A DNA stretch of 64,000 bases from Escherichia coli (GTDB lineage Bacteria > Pseudomonadota > Gammaproteobacteria > Enterobacterales > Enterobacteriaceae): assembly GCF_048403405.1 (NCBI RefSeq), contig NZ_CP183129.1. One strand, given 5' to 3'. Below are positions 10,098 through 21,769 of this stretch, in pieces; positions within the stretch are counted from its first letter, which is position 1; every line of letters begins with the position of its first letter. The position numbers were made by a program, and so were the translations under genes. Under the pieces are notes generated by a model. The model was not told the DNA's origin and made no database searches. It worked only from the letters and a program-made list of their open reading frames with translations.

Positions 10098-10192
10098 TGG
10101 CGGAAGATCACAGGAGTCGAACCTGCCCGGGACCGCTGGCGGCCCCAACTGGATTTGAAGTCCAGCCGCCTCACCGGAGACGACGATCTTCC
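10098..10192 (-). tRNA. selC: tRNA-Sec (selenocysteine tRNA, selC)
   Basis: Reverse complement of 10098-10192 reads GGAAGATCGTCGTCTCCGGTGAGGCGGCTGGACTTCAAATCCAGTTGGGGCCGCCAGCGGTCCCGGGCAGGTTCGACTCCTGTGATCTTCCGCCA, the 95-nt E. coli selC sequence including the UCA anticodon loop (CTTCAAATC) and 3' CCA. Confidence 0.97.
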
Positions 10193-10484
10193 GCGCCTCG
10201 ATTGCTACATGGAGGCGGGGCGCATTATAGCTACTTCCTTGAGTTTCTACATCCCCCAGATCAGTTTTTTCCGCCTAATACACGCAGCGTATTATCACGA
10301 AAGCATTATAATTCATATAAAACCCATATTTTACAATGATATATGAGCAGAATTAACGCTACCACGATCACATAAAACAAGAATCATAAATTAATAACCA
10401 GATATCGGAATATTCGCTCTCACAGGGATGGTTTACAAAATGCGTTATCGGTCTCAGCACCCCTATAGCATCAAGGAAAAGCAG

Positions 10485-11867
10485 ATGAAGAGTGAAGTGT
10501 TGTCCGTTAAAGAGAAAATTGGTTATGGCATGGGAGACGCCGCCAGCCACATTATTTTCGATAACGTAATGTTATATATGATGTTCTTTTATACCGATAT
10601 TTTTGGCATACCTGCCGGATTTGTCGGAACCATGTTTTTGGTCGCTCGTGCACTGGATGCGATTTCCGATCCTTGCATGGGGTTGTTGGCCGATCGAACG
10701 CGCTCTCGCTGGGGTAAATTTCGTCCGTGGGTACTGTTTGGCGCACTGCCATTTGGGATCGTCTGTGTACTGGCCTATAGCACGCCAGATCTCAGTATGA
10801 ACGGAAAAATGATTTATGCAGCAATTACTTACACCCTACTTACCTTACTTTATACCGTCGTCAATATCCCTTACTGCGCATTGGGTGGTGTAATCACCAA
10901 TGACCCGACTCAGCGTATCTCGCTGCAATCCTGGCGTTTTGTGCTGGCGACCGCGGGAGGCATGCTCTCTACTGTTCTGATGATGCCACTGGTTAATTTA
11001 ATTGGTGGTGATAATAAACCACTTGGTTTCCAGGGCGGTATCGCGGTCCTTTCCGTGGTGGCATTCATGATGCTGGCATTTTGTTTCTTCACCACTAAAG
11101 AACGCGTTGAAGCACCACCTACAACGACGTCTATGCGGGAAGATTTACGTGATATCTGGCAAAACGACCAGTGGCGGATTGTCGGTTTACTAACCATTTT
11201 CAATATCCTGGCGGTGTGCGTCCGCGGTGGAGCGATGATGTATTACGTCACATGGATTTTGGGTTCGCCGGAAGTGTTTGTCGCTTTTCTCACCACTTAT
11301 TGCGTAGGTAACCTGATTGGTTCCGCACTGGCAAAACCGCTGACCGACTGGAAATGTAAAGTCACTATCTTCTGGTGGACGAACGCCCTGCTGGCAGTGA
11401 TTAGCCTCGCGATGTTCTTTGTTCCTATGCAGGCCAGCATCACCATGTTTGTCTTCATCTTCGTGATTGGTGTGTTGCATCAACTGGTGACACCTATCCA
11501 GTGGGTAATGATGTCCGATACCGTCGACTACGGCGAGTGGTGCAATGGTAAACGCCTGACCGGGATCAGTTTTGCTGGCACGCTGTTTGTGCTCAAGCTG
11601 GGATTGGCCTTCGGCGGCGCTCTTATCGGCTGGATGCTGGCTTATGGCGGATATGATGCGGCAGAAAAAGCGCAGAACAGCGCCACGATTAGCATCATTA
11701 TCGCGCTATTCACGATTGTTCCGGCGATCTGTTATTTGCTGAGCGCGATTATCGCTAAACGCTACTACTCACTCACGACGCACAATCTGAAAACCGTTAT
11801 GGAACAGCTGGCTCAGGGCAAACGCCGTTGCCAGCAACAATTCACCTCTCAAGAAGTGCAGAACTAA
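10485..11867 (+). CDS. yicJ: MFS glycoside/cation symporter-family transporter YicJ
   Basis: Start ATG at 10485 with AAGGAAAAG RBS (MKSEVLSVKEKIGYGMGDAA...); 460 aa; immediately followed by yicI. Confidence 0.9.
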   Translation: MKSEVLSVKEKIGYGMGDAASHIIFDNVMLYMMFFYTDIFGIPAGFVGTMFLVARALDAISDPCMGLLADRTRSRWGKFRPWVLFGALPFGIVCVLAYSTPDLSMNGKMIYAAITYTLLTLLYTVVNIPYCALGGVITNDPTQRISLQSWRFVLATAGGMLSTVLMMPLVNLIGGDNKPLGFQGGIAVLSVVAFMMLAFCFFTTKERVEAPPTTTSMREDLRDIWQNDQWRIVGLLTIFNILAVCVRGGAMMYYVTWILGSPEVFVAFLTTYCVGNLIGSALAKPLTDWKCKVTIFWWTNALLAVISLAMFFVPMQASITMFVFIFVIGVLHQLVTPIQWVMMSDTVDYGEWCNGKRLTGISFAGTLFVLKLGLAFGGALIGWMLAYGGYDAAEKAQNSATISIIIALFTIVPAICYLLSAIIAKRYYSLTTHNLKTVMEQLAQGKRRCQQQFTSQEVQN

Positions 11868-11876
11868 GGAACGGCA

Positions 11877-14195
11877 ATGAAAATTAGCGATGGAAACTGG
11901 TTGATTCAACCTGGCCTCAATTTGATTCACCCGCTTCAGGTGTTCGAGGTTGAACAGCAGGGTAATGAAATGGTGGTCTATGCTGCCCCCCGTGATGTAC
12001 GTGAACGTACCTGGCAGCTTGACACGCCTTTATTTACGCTGCGCTTTTTCTCCCCACAGGAAGGTATTGTCGGTGTACGGATTGAGCATTTTCAGGGGGC
12101 GCTGAATAACGGTCCTCATTACCCGCTCAATATTTTGCAGGACGTGAAGGTCACAATCGAAAACACAGAACGTTACGCTGAGTTTAAAAGTGGCAACTTA
12201 AGCGCGCGTGTCAGCAAAGGTGAGTTCTGGTCACTGGATTTTCTGCGTAACGGCGAACGTATTACCGGTAGTCAGGTGAAAAATAATGGCTACGTGCAGG
12301 ACACGAATAATCAACGAAATTATATGTTTGAGCGGCTGGATCTTGGCGTTGGCGAAACAGTTTACGGTCTGGGAGAGCGCTTTACTGCCCTGGTGCGCAA
12401 TGGCCAGACGGTAGAGACCTGGAACCGGGACGGCGGCACAAGTACTGAACAGGCGTATAAAAATATCCCGTGCTATATGACTAACCGTGGTTATGGGGTA
12501 CTGGTCAATCATCCTCAATGCGTCTCTTTTGAAGTGGGATCGGAGAAAGTCTCCAAAGTGCAGTTCAGCGTTGAGAGTGAATATCTCGAATACTTTGTTA
12601 TCGACGGCCCGACGCCGAAAGCGGTACTTGATCGTTATACCCGTTTTACTGGTCGTCCGGCGCTGCCGCCCGCGTGGTCCTTCGGCCTGTGGCTAACCAC
12701 TTCATTTACCACCAACTACGACGAAGCGACGGTAAACAGCTTTATCGATGGTATGGCGGAACGCAATCTGCCACTGCATGTTTTCCACTTTGACTGTTTC
12801 TGGATGAAAGCCTTCCAGTGGTGCGATTTTGAGTGGGACCCGCTGACTTTCCCGGACCCGGAAGGGATGATCCGCCGCCTGAAAGCGAAAGGGCTAAAAA
12901 TCTGCGTCTGGATTAACCCCTATATCGGGCAAAAATCCCCTGTCTTTAAAGAGTTACAAGAGAAAGGCTATTTACTCAAACGCCCGGACGGTTCGTTATG
13001 GCAGTGGGATAAATGGCAGCCAGGTCTGGCGATTTATGACTTTACCAATCCGGATGCCTGCAAATGGTACGCCGACAAACTGAAAGGTCTGGTCGCGATG
13101 GGCGTTGATTGCTTTAAGACCGACTTTGGCGAACGTATTCCAACCGATGTTCAATGGTTTGACGGTTCCGATCCGCAGAAAATGCATAACCATTATGCGT
13201 ACATCTACAACGAACTGGTGTGGAACGTGCTCAAGGAAACCGTTGGCGAGGAAGAAGCCGTCTTGTTTGCTCGCTCGGCCTCCGTTGGTGCGCAGAAATT
13301 CCCGGTACACTGGGGTGGCGACTGTTACGCTAACTACGAATCAATGGCGGAAAGCCTGCGCGGTGGTTTGTCTATTGGCCTTTCAGGTTTTGGCTTCTGG
13401 AGCCACGATATCGGCGGCTTTGAGAATACCGCTCCGGCGCACGTTTACAAACGCTGGTGCGCGTTTGGTTTGCTCTCCAGCCATAGCCGTTTACATGGCA
13501 GCAAATCTTATCGTGTGCCGTGGGCCTACGATGATGAGTCCTGTGATGTGGTGCGCTTCTTCACGCAACTGAAATGCCGCATGATGCCGTATCTGTATCG
13601 TGAAGCTGCTCGTGCGAACGCGCGGGGTACGCCGATGATGCGGGCCATGATGATGGAGTTCCCGGACGATCCGGCTTGTGATTACCTTGACCGTCAATAC
13701 ATGCTAGGCGACAACGTGATGGTTGCTCCGGTGTTCACTGAGGCGGGCGAGGTGCAGTTCTACTTGCCGGAAGGTCGCTGGACACACCTGTGGCACAACG
13801 ATGAACTCGACGGTAGTCGCTGGCATAAACAGCAGCACGGCTTTCTGAGTCTGCCCGTTTATGTGCGTAATAACACCCTACTGGCGCTGGGCAACAACGA
13901 GCAACGTCCCGATTACGCGTGGCACGAAGGCACGGCATTCCAGCTCTTTAATCTGCAAGACGGGCATGAAGCTCTTTGTGAAGTGCCCGCTGCTGACGGT
14001 TCGGTGATCTTTACTCTAAAAGCAACACGTACTGGTAACACGATTACTGTGACTGGTGCGGGCGAGGCGAAGAACTGGACACTGTGCTTGCGCAATGTTG
14101 TGAAAGTAAATGGTCTGCAAGGTGGTTCGCAGGCTGAAAGTGAGCAGGGGCTGGTGGTGACGCCTCAAGGGAATGCGCTGACAATTACGTTGTAA
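11877..14195 (+). CDS. yicI: Alpha-xylosidase YicI (glycoside hydrolase family 31)
   Basis: 772 aa; GH31 motifs (WIDMNE-like region ...KTDFGE..., catalytic Asp context); conserved operon partner of yicJ. Confidence 0.9.
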   Translation: MKISDGNWLIQPGLNLIHPLQVFEVEQQGNEMVVYAAPRDVRERTWQLDTPLFTLRFFSPQEGIVGVRIEHFQGALNNGPHYPLNILQDVKVTIENTERYAEFKSGNLSARVSKGEFWSLDFLRNGERITGSQVKNNGYVQDTNNQRNYMFERLDLGVGETVYGLGERFTALVRNGQTVETWNRDGGTSTEQAYKNIPCYMTNRGYGVLVNHPQCVSFEVGSEKVSKVQFSVESEYLEYFVIDGPTPKAVLDRYTRFTGRPALPPAWSFGLWLTTSFTTNYDEATVNSFIDGMAERNLPLHVFHFDCFWMKAFQWCDFEWDPLTFPDPEGMIRRLKAKGLKICVWINPYIGQKSPVFKELQEKGYLLKRPDGSLWQWDKWQPGLAIYDFTNPDACKWYADKLKGLVAMGVDCFKTDFGERIPTDVQWFDGSDPQKMHNHYAYIYNELVWNVLKETVGEEEAVLFARSASVGAQKFPVHWGGDCYANYESMAESLRGGLSIGLSGFGFWSHDIGGFENTAPAHVYKRWCAFGLLSSHSRLHGSKSYRVPWAYDDESCDVVRFFTQLKCRMMPYLYREAARANARGTPMMRAMMMEFPDDPACDYLDRQYMLGDNVMVAPVFTEAGEVQFYLPEGRWTHLWHNDELDGSRWHKQQHGFLSLPVYVRNNTLLALGNNEQRPDYAWHEGTAFQLFNLQDGHEALCEVPAADGSVIFTLKATRTGNTITVTGAGEAKNWTLCLRNVVKVNGLQGGSQAESEQGLVVTPQGNALTITL

Positions 14196-14247
14196 TCAAT
14201 TTAAGAAATGCCGGGTACGTCTCAATCGTACCCGGCGAGATTGATTT

Positions 14248-15957
14248 TTACTGCACCGGCTCCGTCGACGTAACTTCGCCACTGGAAACGACGCCTGCAT
14301 TCATGGTTTGAGTCACTTGCTGCTTTGTGGCGTTCATGGCATGCAATTGCCCGCTAACCGTAGGTTTCAGCGGGATATTGGCCTGAATATCGCCGCTGGC
14401 GGTAAGCTGAATATTGCCGTCGCCAGTCAACGGTAATTCAGGCCATCCCCACTGTTGCAAAATATTCACCGGCACACCGCGTCCATTCAGGCTGATATGG
14501 GTCTGACGTTGTGGCGTTTGTGAAACACTGGCGGTGGCTTCCAGAATGCCTTTTTCAGTAAATGCACTCAGTTCGCTGATATTCACCGTGCTGCTGTTGG
14601 CGGTCAGCGCCAGCGATGGGCGACGAACATCAACACGATTGAATGTCGCGGCGGCGGCATTCAGATTCGCCGAACCACTCCAGACGCCCCATTTATGATC
14701 GGTAACCAGCGTCAGATTGGCACCGTAACCATCGAGCGCGGTGAGCTGCCACGGGAAGTCAGGGTCGATATCAATGATCAGATTGCGGCTGGCGCTAAAT
14801 CTCTTCAGTTGCAGGCTGTTTAACCAGCCGGGTGTCGTTTCCATCCACAACTGTTGCCAGTTTTTCGGCAAGGTATATTCCAGCCCGGCAATTGCCGCAT
14901 CATCAAGGATCAACGTTTTCCCGTTGCGCAGCCAGTTCCCGGACGTTCTGACCATGCCCCCTTCCCAGCGGCTGGTGAACTGGCGCAGTGCTACGCCCTG
15001 CGGGGAAAATTCTGCGTTTATAATCGGATCAAATAAATGCAGCGAGCCATAAATAAACTCGCTAGCGTTCATCGACAGTTTGCCTTCCTGTGTCTGCCAG
15101 TCATCTTTACTGAAGGTCATGTTGCGCAAGCTGAGATCGAGGTCGGTCACCGCCCAGTCCGGACCTTGCAAACGAGCATCGATCACTTCCAGGCGACCAA
15201 TCTGCAACGACGGGACAGAGCGTAATGGCGCAAAGAAGTCGGTTAGCGATTTTTCGCTTTGTAGACGGATATCCGCCAGCCGCAGATTTTCCACTTGCCA
15301 GCTGCCGTCGGCGTTACGCTGCGCGTTTCCGGTTAATGTCCCGCGGGCGATGTCGGCACCCAGGTTAGTCAGCGTAACGCGATCGTTATCAATACTGCCT
15401 TCAATCAGTACATTGGTGGCAGGAACATCATTGAGCGAAAGCGATCCGGCACTAAACTGAATCTGCGCCTTCGTACCCAGCACTTTACCGGCTTCTGGTG
15501 ACCACGGAACCACGCCGCCATTTACCCGCTGCGCGCTCAGTTTCCATTCGCTATTCGGGCTATTAAACGCCATATCACGCAGTTGCAGACGATCGGCTTT
15601 GAACGGTAGCGGCGCGGTCTGGTCGGTGAGATTCAGCGTCCCGTTTTCCAGCAGGATGGTATCGACATGGCGTGGTTCGGTCAGTTGCCGACTGCTTAGC
15701 GCAATGTCGACACTTTTTGCCACCAGGGTCGCGGGCTGACCATCACGGCCGAACGTGACGTTCTCCAGCACGATATGAGATGGCGCGGAAAAACGGTGAT
15801 CCATCGCCCCGAAGGCCAGATGATAGTCGCTATTCTCGGAAACCCATGCGCTGATATGTTCTGCTCCCCAGCGGGTTTGCAGAAGAAAATAGAGGCCAGC
15901 GATCACCACTAACAGAGCGATGAAAATGTAGAGAAGCAGCTTCCCAATAAATTTCAT
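14248..15957 (-). CDS. yicH: AsmA-family protein YicH
   Basis: N-terminal membrane anchor MKFIGKLLLYIFIALLVVIAGLYFLL then large periplasmic domain; start trimmed to MKFIGK by K-12 homology. Confidence 0.85.
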   Translation of the reverse strand: MKFIGKLLLYIFIALLVVIAGLYFLLQTRWGAEHISAWVSENSDYHLAFGAMDHRFSAPSHIVLENVTFGRDGQPATLVAKSVDIALSSRQLTEPRHVDTILLENGTLNLTDQTAPLPFKADRLQLRDMAFNSPNSEWKLSAQRVNGGVVPWSPEAGKVLGTKAQIQFSAGSLSLNDVPATNVLIEGSIDNDRVTLTNLGADIARGTLTGNAQRNADGSWQVENLRLADIRLQSEKSLTDFFAPLRSVPSLQIGRLEVIDARLQGPDWAVTDLDLSLRNMTFSKDDWQTQEGKLSMNASEFIYGSLHLFDPIINAEFSPQGVALRQFTSRWEGGMVRTSGNWLRNGKTLILDDAAIAGLEYTLPKNWQQLWMETTPGWLNSLQLKRFSASRNLIIDIDPDFPWQLTALDGYGANLTLVTDHKWGVWSGSANLNAAAATFNRVDVRRPSLALTANSSTVNISELSAFTEKGILEATASVSQTPQRQTHISLNGRGVPVNILQQWGWPELPLTGDGNIQLTASGDIQANIPLKPTVSGQLHAMNATKQQVTQTMNAGVVSSGEVTSTEPVQ

Positions 15958-16077
15958 GGTCTTCCATCCCGTGAAATGCACATAAGGGAGTTATGCACGA
16001 TTTACGCGCAATCCTCAAGGCGGGAATGGTGAAAGAGGTGAGACTGCGGCGGTAATTATCTTACCGCCGCCAGTGAA

Positions 16078-17469
16078 TTACTGTTTTTCTGGTGGGAAAA
16101 TCAGATTCAGCACGATGGCAGTAATACCGCCCGCGGCGATCCCGGAGGAGAGCAGGTTTTTCAGCCACTCAGGGGCAAACTGCAAAATCAGCGGCTGCTG
16201 AGAGACGCCCAGACCAACCGCCAGCGACAGCGCGATAATCAGAATCGCCCGACGGTTCAGCGGCTCACGAGACACAATGCGCACACCGGAGGCGGCGATG
16301 GTGCCAAACATTACAAGCGTTGCGCCGCCCAGAACCGGTTCTGGAATATGTTGTACAAAACCGCTCACTGCCGGGAACAGACCCAGCACGATCAACATCA
16401 GCGCGACGACAAAACCGACATAGCGGCTGGCAACACCGGTTAACTGGATCACTCCGTTGTTCTGCCCGAAGCAGGAGTTCGGGAAGGTGTTAAACACCGC
16501 CGAAACAAACGAGTTCAGGCCGTTTGCTAGCACGCCGCCTTTCAGGCGTTTCATGTACAGCGGACCGGACACTGGCTGTTCGGAAACGTCAGAGGTCGCC
16601 GTGATATCGCCAATGGTTTCCAGTGAAGTGATCATAAAGACCAGCATCAGGGGTAGCAGCAGACTCCATTCAATGCCAAGACCGTAATAGAGCGGCGTTG
16701 GTACCATAATCAGTTCTTGCGTCATCGGTTCGTTGCTTTCTGGCAACATGCCCATAAACCACGCCAGCGCATATCCGGCCGCCATCGCAATCACCAGTGA
16801 GGCCACGCGTAAGTAAGGGTTACGTTGACGGTTAAGCAGGATAATTAAGGCTAAAACCACGCCTGCCAGCAGCAGATTTTTCGGTGCGCCGAAGGTGTTA
16901 TCGCTCATGGCTGCGTAACCGCCGCCAATGGAGGTCAGCCCCACCTGAATTAGCGACAGGCCGATAATCATCACCACAACGCCAGAAACCAGCGGCGTAA
17001 TAATGCGGCGCGCCAGATGCAGAACACGGGAGATCACCATCTCGGTGCAACTTGCCAGCATCAACGTGCCGAACAAAGCCGCCATCATGGTAGGAACATC
17101 AGCACCACCGGTTTTCAGCGCGGTACCGCCCATAATCAGCGGGGCAACAAAGTTGAAGCTGGTGCCCTGAATAGACAACAGCCCGGAGCCAACCGGACCC
17201 CAGGCCTTAATTTGAATAATCGATGCCACACCGGAGGCAAACAGCGACATACTAATAATGTGTTGCGTGTCTTGTGCCGGTAAACCCAGCGCCTGGCAGA
17301 TTAATAGCGCTGGCGTGATCACCGCAACGAACATCGCCAGCAAATGCTGACAGGCGGCAAACAGAGTTTGAGGAAGCGGCGGACGATCTTCAAGACGGTA
17401 AATCAGTTCGCTGTTTTGAGTCTGCGCAACCGGTTGCGCATTTTCTGACTCGAGGGTGGAAACAGACAT
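16078..17469 (-). CDS. xanP: Xanthine permease XanP (NCS2 family)
   Basis: 463 aa from [12 protein letters not shown]...; NCS2/xanthine-uracil permease hydrophobic profile; conserved K-12 position. Confidence 0.9.
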
Positions 17470-17747
17470 CGAAAACAATCCCGTGGTAGCAAAGCGGGCA
17501 TTTTAGCTGACCGAAAGAGAAAAGCAAACGTTTGCTACGGCCTCTGCTAAATATTTAAATGAGATAAATGCACTTTTTTATATAACTTTTGGTATTTTTC
17601 TGCTTAAAATCCATGCCATTTGTTCATTAACAGCTGAGAATTTGACCCAGGAAAGCATAACTCGATACCCGTCATAGTTCATAAGTTGCCACTGCGCGAT
17701 GAAGTATGACGAGTATGAAAGAGTGATGCGGATACAAAGGAGTAACT

Positions 17748-18953
17748 ATGTTTCATCTCGATACTTTAGCAACGCTTGTTGCCGCAACGCTGACGTTGCT
17801 GCTCGGGCGTAAGTTGGTCCATTCCGTCTCCTTTTTGAAGAAATACACCATACCGGAACCTGTTGCGGGTGGTTTGTTGGTGGCGTTAGCGCTACTGGTA
17901 CTGAAAAAAAGCATGGGCTGGGAAGTCAACTTTGATATGTCCCTGCGCGATCCGTTAATGCTGGCATTCTTCGCCACCATTGGCCTGAACGCCAACATTG
18001 CCAGTTTGCGTGCCGGTGGGCGTGTGGTTGGCATCTTCTTGATTGTGGTTGTTGGTCTGTTGGTGATGCAAAATGCCATTGGCATTGGTATGGCTAGCCT
18101 GTTAGGGCTTGATCCGCTGATGGGGCTGTTGGCCGGTTCTATTACGCTTTCCGGCGGTCACGGTACGGGCGCTGCGTGGAGTAAATTGTTCATTGAACGC
18201 TATGGCTTCACCAATGCGACGGAAGTGGCGATGGCCTGTGCGACGTTTGGTCTGGTGCTGGGCGGCTTGATTGGCGGTCCGGTAGCGCGCTATCTGGTGA
18301 AACACTCCACCACGCCGAACGGTATTCCGGATGACCAGGAAGTCCCGACGGCGTTCGAAAAGCCGGATGTGGGCCGCATGATCACCTCGCTGGTGCTGAT
18401 TGAAACTATCGCGCTGATTGCTATCTGCCTGACGGTGGGGAAAATTGTTGCGCAACTTTTGGCTGGCACTGCTTTTGAACTGCCGACCTTCGTCTGTGTA
18501 CTGTTTGTTGGCGTGATTCTGAGCAACGGTCTGTCAATGATGGGCTTTTACCGCGTCTTTGAGCGTGCGGTATCCGTGCTTGGTAACGTAAGCCTGTCGT
18601 TGTTCCTGGCGATGGCGCTGATGGGGCTGAAACTATGGGAGCTGGCTTCGCTGGCGCTGCCGATGCTGGCGATTCTGGTGGTACAGACCATCTTCATGGC
18701 GTTGTATGCCATCTTCGTTACCTGGCGCATGATGGGCAAAAACTACGATGCGGCAGTGCTGGCTGCGGGTCATTGTGGTTTTGGCCTCGGTGCAACGCCA
18801 ACGGCAATCGCCAACATGCAGGCGATCACTGAACGTTTTGGCCCGTCGCACATGGCGTTCCTGGTAGTGCCGATGGTCGGTGCGTTCTTTATTGATATCG
18901 TTAACGCGCTGGTGATTAAGCTGTATTTAATGTTGCCGATTTTTGCCGGTTAA
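17748..18953 (+). CDS. gltS: Sodium/glutamate symporter GltS
   Basis: 401 aa polytopic membrane protein MFHLDTLATLVAATLTLLLGRKL...; conserved neighbour of recG. Confidence 0.9.
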   Translation: MFHLDTLATLVAATLTLLLGRKLVHSVSFLKKYTIPEPVAGGLLVALALLVLKKSMGWEVNFDMSLRDPLMLAFFATIGLNANIASLRAGGRVVGIFLIVVVGLLVMQNAIGIGMASLLGLDPLMGLLAGSITLSGGHGTGAAWSKLFIERYGFTNATEVAMACATFGLVLGGLIGGPVARYLVKHSTTPNGIPDDQEVPTAFEKPDVGRMITSLVLIETIALIAICLTVGKIVAQLLAGTAFELPTFVCVLFVGVILSNGLSMMGFYRVFERAVSVLGNVSLSLFLAMALMGLKLWELASLALPMLAILVVQTIFMALYAIFVTWRMMGKNYDAAVLAAGHCGFGLGATPTAIANMQAITERFGPSHMAFLVVPMVGAFFIDIVNALVIKLYLMLPIFAG

Positions 18954-18961
18954 CCGATGAA

Positions 18962-18990
18962 GCGGCGGTCTTCTCACCGCCGCCTTTTAC
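18962..18990. terminator. Bidirectional intrinsic terminator between convergent gltS and recG
   Basis: GC stem GCGGCGG/CCGCCGC with 8-nt loop followed by CTTTTAC; overlaps the recG stop codon. Confidence 0.5.
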
Positions 18991-21068
18991 GCATTCGAGT
19001 AACGTTCCGTCTCCGGCATCCAGCGTTCTATCAGGGCTTTTGCCTGTTGTGGGTAACGTTCGTGAATATGTCGCGCCAGGCGCTGAACTTCCGGGATCAT
19101 CGCCTGATCGCGCAGTAAATCCGCCACTTTAAACTCAGCATTACCCGTCTGACGCGTACCTAACAGTTCACCCGGTCCGCGAATCTCTAAGTCTTTCTGT
19201 GCAATCACAAAACCGTCGTTGCTGTCGCGCAGTACCTGCAGGCGAATTTGCGCCGTTTTAGAGAGCGGTGTTTTGTAGAGCAACACGCAGTGAGAAGCCA
19301 CCGCACCACGACCTACACGCCCGCGAAGCTGGTGCAACTGCGCCAGACCCAGACGCTCCGGGTTTTCGATAATCATCAGGCTGGCGTTAGGCACATCAAC
19401 GCCGACTTCAATAACGGTAGTGGCAACCAGCAGGTGTAGCTCACCTTGTTTAAACGACGCCATCACCGCCTGTTTCTCGGCAGGTTTCATCCGCCCGTGT
19501 ACCAGGCCAACATTCAACTCTGGTAGCGCCAGTTTCAACTCTTCCCAGGTAGCTTCCGCCGCCTGCGCTTCCAGTAATTCTGATTCTTCAATGAGTGTGC
19601 ACACCCAGTACGCCTGACGCCCTTCAGTCATACAGGCGTGGCGCATGCGGTCGATAATATCGTTGCGGCGGGTATCCGGGATTGCCACTGTCGTCACTGG
19701 CGTGCGGCCTGGCGGCAGCTCATCTATCACCGAGGTATCGAGATCAGCATACGCAGTCATTGCCAGCGTTCGGGGGATCGGCGTGGCGGTCATGATCAAC
19801 TGATGAGGATGGAAGCCCTGCTGCTGGCCTTTCTCCCATAACGCCAGACGCTGATGCACGCCAAAACGATGCTGTTCGTCGATAATCACCAGCGCCAGAC
19901 CGTTAAACTGCACCTGTTCCTGGAAGATGGCGTGTGTACCGACAATCATCTGCACCTGACCGCTGGCGATGGCTTCCTGCTGTGCCAGTCGCGCTTTACC
20001 TTTCTGCTTACCGGCGAGCCAGCCCACTTCGATACCGAGCGGTGCAAACCAGTTGCGGAAGTTATTCGCGTGCTGCTCGGCGAGTAATTCGGTTGGTGCC
20101 ATCAATGCCACCTGTTTGCCGTGGGCAATCGCACGCAGCGCGGCGAGGGCGGCGACCAGCGTTTTACCGGAACCTACATCGCCCTGCACCAGGCGCATCA
20201 TCGGCGCATCCAGCGCCATATCGCGCTCGATCTCCGCCACCACGCGTGCCTGTGCGCCCGTTGGCTTGAACGGTAAGGCTGCGAGGAGTTTATTTTTCAG
20301 CGCGTCATTGGCGCTAAGCGGCTGGGCATGGAAACGTTGTGCACCAGCGCGTAACGCCAACATGCTGAGATTGTGCGCAAGCAGTTCTTCCAGAATCAGA
20401 CGGCGTTGTGCCGGATGCTGCCCGGTTTCGAGATCGCTAAGCTGTAGCGTCGGCGGCGGGCGGTGCAAAGTGCGCAACGCTTCCGGTAGCGTCATCATTC
20501 CTTGTGACAGTTCCGGCGGCAGGAGTTCTTCAATGGCGCAGGTGTCGAGCAGATCCAGCGCCTGGTCGGTTAATTTACGCAGCGTAGCCTGCTTTACGCC
20601 TTCCGTAGTTGGGTAAACCGGCGTGAGCGTTTCCTGTAATTCTGGCGTGCTGAGATCGCCCTGCACGCGGTATTCCGGGTGGATCATCTCCGCACCATAT
20701 TTACCGCGCTTTGCTTCGCCATAAGCCAGTACACGGCGGCCCGTCGCCAGGCTATTTTTCATTGCCGCGTTGAAATTGAAAAAGCGCATGGTGAGGATGC
20801 CGGAACCGTCGCTGATCTGGCAGGTCATCATCCGCCGACCGCCGAAGGAGATATTGCAGTTCAGCACTTCGCCTTCCACCGTGGCATAAACGCCCGGTAG
20901 TAGTTCTCCGATGGGGTAGAGATGGGTGCGATCTTCGTAGCGCAGGGGAAGGTGTAAGAGTAGATCCTGCACGGTATGCAGGTTGATTTTCGCCAGCTTG
21001 TTACTAAGCGCTGCACCAACGCCCGTTAGGGAACTGAGCGGGACAGCATCTAACAGGCGACCTTTCAT
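18987..21068 (-). CDS. recG: ATP-dependent DNA helicase RecG
   Basis: 693 aa from MKGRLLDAVPLSSLTGVGAA...; Walker A GDVGSGKT, DEQH box, helicase motifs; start trimmed from ORF-track start. Confidence 0.95.
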   Translation of the reverse strand: MKGRLLDAVPLSSLTGVGAALSNKLAKINLHTVQDLLLHLPLRYEDRTHLYPIGELLPGVYATVEGEVLNCNISFGGRRMMTCQISDGSGILTMRFFNFNAAMKNSLATGRRVLAYGEAKRGKYGAEMIHPEYRVQGDLSTPELQETLTPVYPTTEGVKQATLRKLTDQALDLLDTCAIEELLPPELSQGMMTLPEALRTLHRPPPTLQLSDLETGQHPAQRRLILEELLAHNLSMLALRAGAQRFHAQPLSANDALKNKLLAALPFKPTGAQARVVAEIERDMALDAPMMRLVQGDVGSGKTLVAALAALRAIAHGKQVALMAPTELLAEQHANNFRNWFAPLGIEVGWLAGKQKGKARLAQQEAIASGQVQMIVGTHAIFQEQVQFNGLALVIIDEQHRFGVHQRLALWEKGQQQGFHPHQLIMTATPIPRTLAMTAYADLDTSVIDELPPGRTPVTTVAIPDTRRNDIIDRMRHACMTEGRQAYWVCTLIEESELLEAQAAEATWEELKLALPELNVGLVHGRMKPAEKQAVMASFKQGELHLLVATTVIEVGVDVPNASLMIIENPERLGLAQLHQLRGRVGRGAVASHCVLLYKTPLSKTAQIRLQVLRDSNDGFVIAQKDLEIRGPGELLGTRQTGNAEFKVADLLRDQAMIPEVQRLARHIHERYPQQAKALIERWMPETERYSNA

Positions 21069-21073
21069 GGTAC

Positions 21074-21763
21074 TTACCCTGCAGCTTGCATAGTGGCCCA
21101 CCAGTCGGCATCGGCTTCAATTTCGCCCTGCTGATTGACGTGGGGGTAAGGCAGGCCTTTGCGTTTTGCGATTTTCGCCAGCACCGGATAGCCGCCTTCA
21201 AACAGCAGGCGTTGTTGCTCTGCTTCCGGCAACATGCTGTTTTCACGCAGGTACATGCCCGCATTTTGCCGCTGGCGCTGGGCTTCGTAAAGAATGAGGG
21301 CTGAGGCAACGGAAACATTCAGCGATTGCACCATGCCAATCATCGGAATGATGATGTCCCGATCCGCCAGGGCCAACGCTTCCTGCGTGATGCCTGTTTT
21401 CTCCTGTCCCATCAAAATACAGGTCGGGCGAGTGTAATCAATTTCGCGGAAATCGACAGCGTTATCAGAAAGATGGGTTGCCAGAATCTGCATGCCCTGG
21501 CCTTTCAGATGAGCGACGGCATCGCCAATGGTGCGGTGCGTTTTCACCTGTACCCAGCTGTTACTACCCGCAGCTGCCGAAGCCATGGTGCGCATCCGGC
21601 TACCAGGCCAGACAGCATGAACTTCATGTACACCAACGGCATCTGCGGTACGAATAATCGCAGAAACGTTATGAGGTTTGTGGACCTGCTCCATGCAGAC
21701 GGTCAGATCAGGCTGCCGCCTGGCGAGCATTTCGCAGATACGTGCATAACGTGTTGGGTTCAT
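21074..21763 (-). CDS. trmH: tRNA (Gm18) 2'-O-methyltransferase TrmH (SpoU)
   Basis: 229 aa SpoU-family methyltransferase; sits between spoT and recG in the spoT operon. Confidence 0.93.
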   Translation of the reverse strand: MNPTRYARICEMLARRQPDLTVCMEQVHKPHNVSAIIRTADAVGVHEVHAVWPGSRMRTMASAAAGSNSWVQVKTHRTIGDAVAHLKGQGMQILATHLSDNAVDFREIDYTRPTCILMGQEKTGITQEALALADRDIIIPMIGMVQSLNVSVASALILYEAQRQRQNAGMYLRENSMLPEAEQQRLLFEGGYPVLAKIAKRKGLPYPHVNQQGEIEADADWWATMQAAG

Positions 21764-21769
21764 AAAACA

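Noticed and set aside
19969-20616. 215-aa plus-strand ORF and neighbouring 60-110 aa frames
   Set aside because: Antisense to recG; Ala/Ser/Arg-rich low-complexity translations typical of GC-rich antisense frames.
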